64,000 bases of DNA, from contig JANNVQ010000017.1 of the NCBI GenBank assembly GCA_031414535.1, positions 25,450 through 89,449 of the forward strand. The letters run 5' to 3'. The notes under the pieces were generated by a model. It searched no databases. It had not been told where the DNA came from and was given only the letters and a program-made list of their open reading frames with translations. Position 1 is the first letter of the stretch, and each line of letters opens with the position of its first letter. The position numbers were made by a program, and so were the translations under genes. This document shows, in pieces, positions 62,645-64,000 of this stretch. The stretch is from Gemmatimonas sp. (lineage in GTDB: Bacteria > Gemmatimonadota > Gemmatimonadetes > Gemmatimonadales > Gemmatimonadaceae).

Positions 62645-63807
62645 CGCTGGGGCTCCAGCCGATAGATGGCGCTCGGCTGGCCCATGCGATCTTCAATCGC
62701 GATGTAGAGAAATCCGTCGGGCCCCTGCCGCACGTCGCGCACGCGACCACGACGCGAGATGATGGTCTCGTCTTCGACCACACGGCCGCCGTCAATCTTG
62801 AGGCGTACCAAGGTCTCACCCACGAGCCCGCCCACGAACACGCTGCCCTGCCAGCTGCTGAAGGCGTTACCGGTGTAGACCGTGATGCCTGACGTCGCGA
62901 TGCTCGGTACCCACACCTTCACCGGCTGCTCCATGCCTTGGCGCGTGGTGCCGCTGTGGATGTTGCTCCCGCTGCGATAGTTCACGCCGAACCCAATCAC
63001 TGGCCAACCGTAGTTCTTGCCGGGCTGAATGAGATTGAGTTCGTCACCACCCTGCGGGCCGTGCTCGGTGGCCCAGACCTCGCCACTCACCGGATGCACA
63101 AGCAGGGCCTGCGGATTGCGATGTCCGTAGCTCCAGATCTGCGGCAGCGCGTCTTCACGGCCCACGAAGGGATTATCCGTCGGCACGCGCCCGTCGTCGT
63201 GGAGGCGAATCACCTTGCCATTGTGCACGCGCAGATTCTGCGCGGGATGCGCTTCGAGGTCGCCGGTGGGTGGCACCTGACGATCGCCCACGGTGATGAA
63301 CAGGTAGTTGTTCTTGTCGAAGGCAAGGCGCGAGCCGTAGTGACCCTGGCCCTGCGACCAGGCGTTGGCCTCAAAGATCTCCTGCACATCGTTCAGCCCA
63401 CCGTTCTCAAAGCGCGCGCGAATCACGGCCGTGGTGCTCTGCGTGCTGTCGGCGTTGGGCTTGGCGTACGAGATATAGATGAGGCGGTTGCGCGCGAAGT
63501 CCGGATGCGGGACTACGTCGAGCAGGCCGCCTTGGTTGCCGACGCGGACGGCGGGAAGTCCCGCCACGGGCTCGGCGACCAAGCGCCCATTGCGCACGAT
63601 GCGCAGACGGCCTGGCCGCTCGGTGACGAGCATATCGCCGCCGGGTAGGAAGGCCATGGACCAAGGGTTCACCAGTCCATCGGCGACGGTCACCATCGTA
63701 AACTGATGATAGGCGGAGCGCATCGGCTCGGACTGGGCGCCGGCAACAGCCGGAGCAATCAGAGCGAGGGCGAACACGGAAAAGCGGAGTGACAGGCGAA
63801 CGGACAT
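62641..63807 (-). CDS. PQQ-dependent aldose sugar dehydrogenase (YliI/GSDH family)
   Basis: GLVNPWSMAFLP, TERPGRL, GGLLDV, HYGSRL, YGHRNPQ, EHGPQGGDELN, GKNYGWP, RVRDV. Confidence 0.93.
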   Translation of the reverse strand: MSVRLSLRFSVFALALIAPAVAGAQSEPMRSAYHQFTMVTVADGLVNPWSMAFLPGGDMLVTERPGRLRIVRNGRLVAEPVAGLPAVRVGNQGGLLDVVPHPDFARNRLIYISYAKPNADSTQSTTAVIRARFENGGLNDVQEIFEANAWSQGQGHYGSRLAFDKNNYLFITVGDRQVPPTGDLEAHPAQNLRVHNGKVIRLHDDGRVPTDNPFVGREDALPQIWSYGHRNPQALLVHPVSGEVWATEHGPQGGDELNLIQPGKNYGWPVIGFGVNYRSGSNIHSGTTRQGMEQPVKVWVPSIATSGITVYTGNAFSSWQGSVFVGGLVGETLVRLKIDGGRVVEDETIISRRGRVRDVRQGPDGFLYIAIEDRMGQPSAIYRLEPQR

Positions 63808-63860
63808 CAGAAGCTCCCGAGGTGCACTAAAGGTGCGAAAGAGTGGTGCACGAAAACTGA

Positions 63861-64000
63861 CGCGGGGGGGGGCCGCGGGCGCCCCGCCGGCCGGGGACCG
63901 GTAGCTCGGGGGTGAGTTTGGGCGGGGGCGGGCCGGGCCGCGCGCGCGGCCCCCCCCCCCGGGGCAGCCCCGGGCAAGAGAGCGCGCGGCCCCCCCCCCC
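63861..64000. other. Low-complexity poly-G/poly-C tract, probable sequencing or assembly artefact
   Basis: G9 and two C11 runs, duplicated GCGCGCGGC(C)n, abrupt change from the coding-like sequence before it. Confidence 0.6.

Noticed and set aside
63861..64000. G-quadruplex or phase-variable homopolymer locus
   Set aside because: Mixed poly-G/poly-C with a duplicated end at the window edge looks like low-quality sequence. Cannot be trusted without reads.

Overview
GC-rich, gene-dense bacterial chromosome segment with about 55 CDS. Gene content (many Hanks kinases, BTAD regulators, Big_2 lipoproteins, alpha2 GlyRS, class II RNR) suggests Gemmatimonadota, which is an inference. Housekeeping genes (pilT-like, purA, glyQS, priA, fur, ccdA, murQ-anmK, nrdJ) are mixed with three notable modules. 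(1) A ~12 kb co-oriented envelope cluster after purA: two LPP20-like lipoproteins, an apparently exported PEGA/Ig/caspase (C14) protein with an intact His-Cys dyad, a ~9-repeat Big_2 lipoprotein, two tandem LPP20-like+DUF4384 paralogues and a membrane-anchored BTAD-AAA regulator. This is the best candidate for an undescribed system. (2) A ubiquitin-fold protein lacking the terminal GG, coupled to a MoxR/DUF58/BatA/DUF4159 operon. (3) A Zn-ribbon-FHA / kinase / PP2C / FHA-transmembrane-trypsin phosphosignalling cassette. Non-coding signals include a REP-like palindromic family (2 copies), (ATCCGTC)n arrays in SD-less leaders, repeated TANNNT-N7-start leaderless promoters, a promoter firing into a terminator-like hairpin before purA, and a vapBC promoter/operator. 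No tRNA, rRNA, CRISPR, integrase or transposase was recognised. The last ~140 nt look like a sequencing or assembly artefact. All domain calls come from motif recognition by eye, not database searches.
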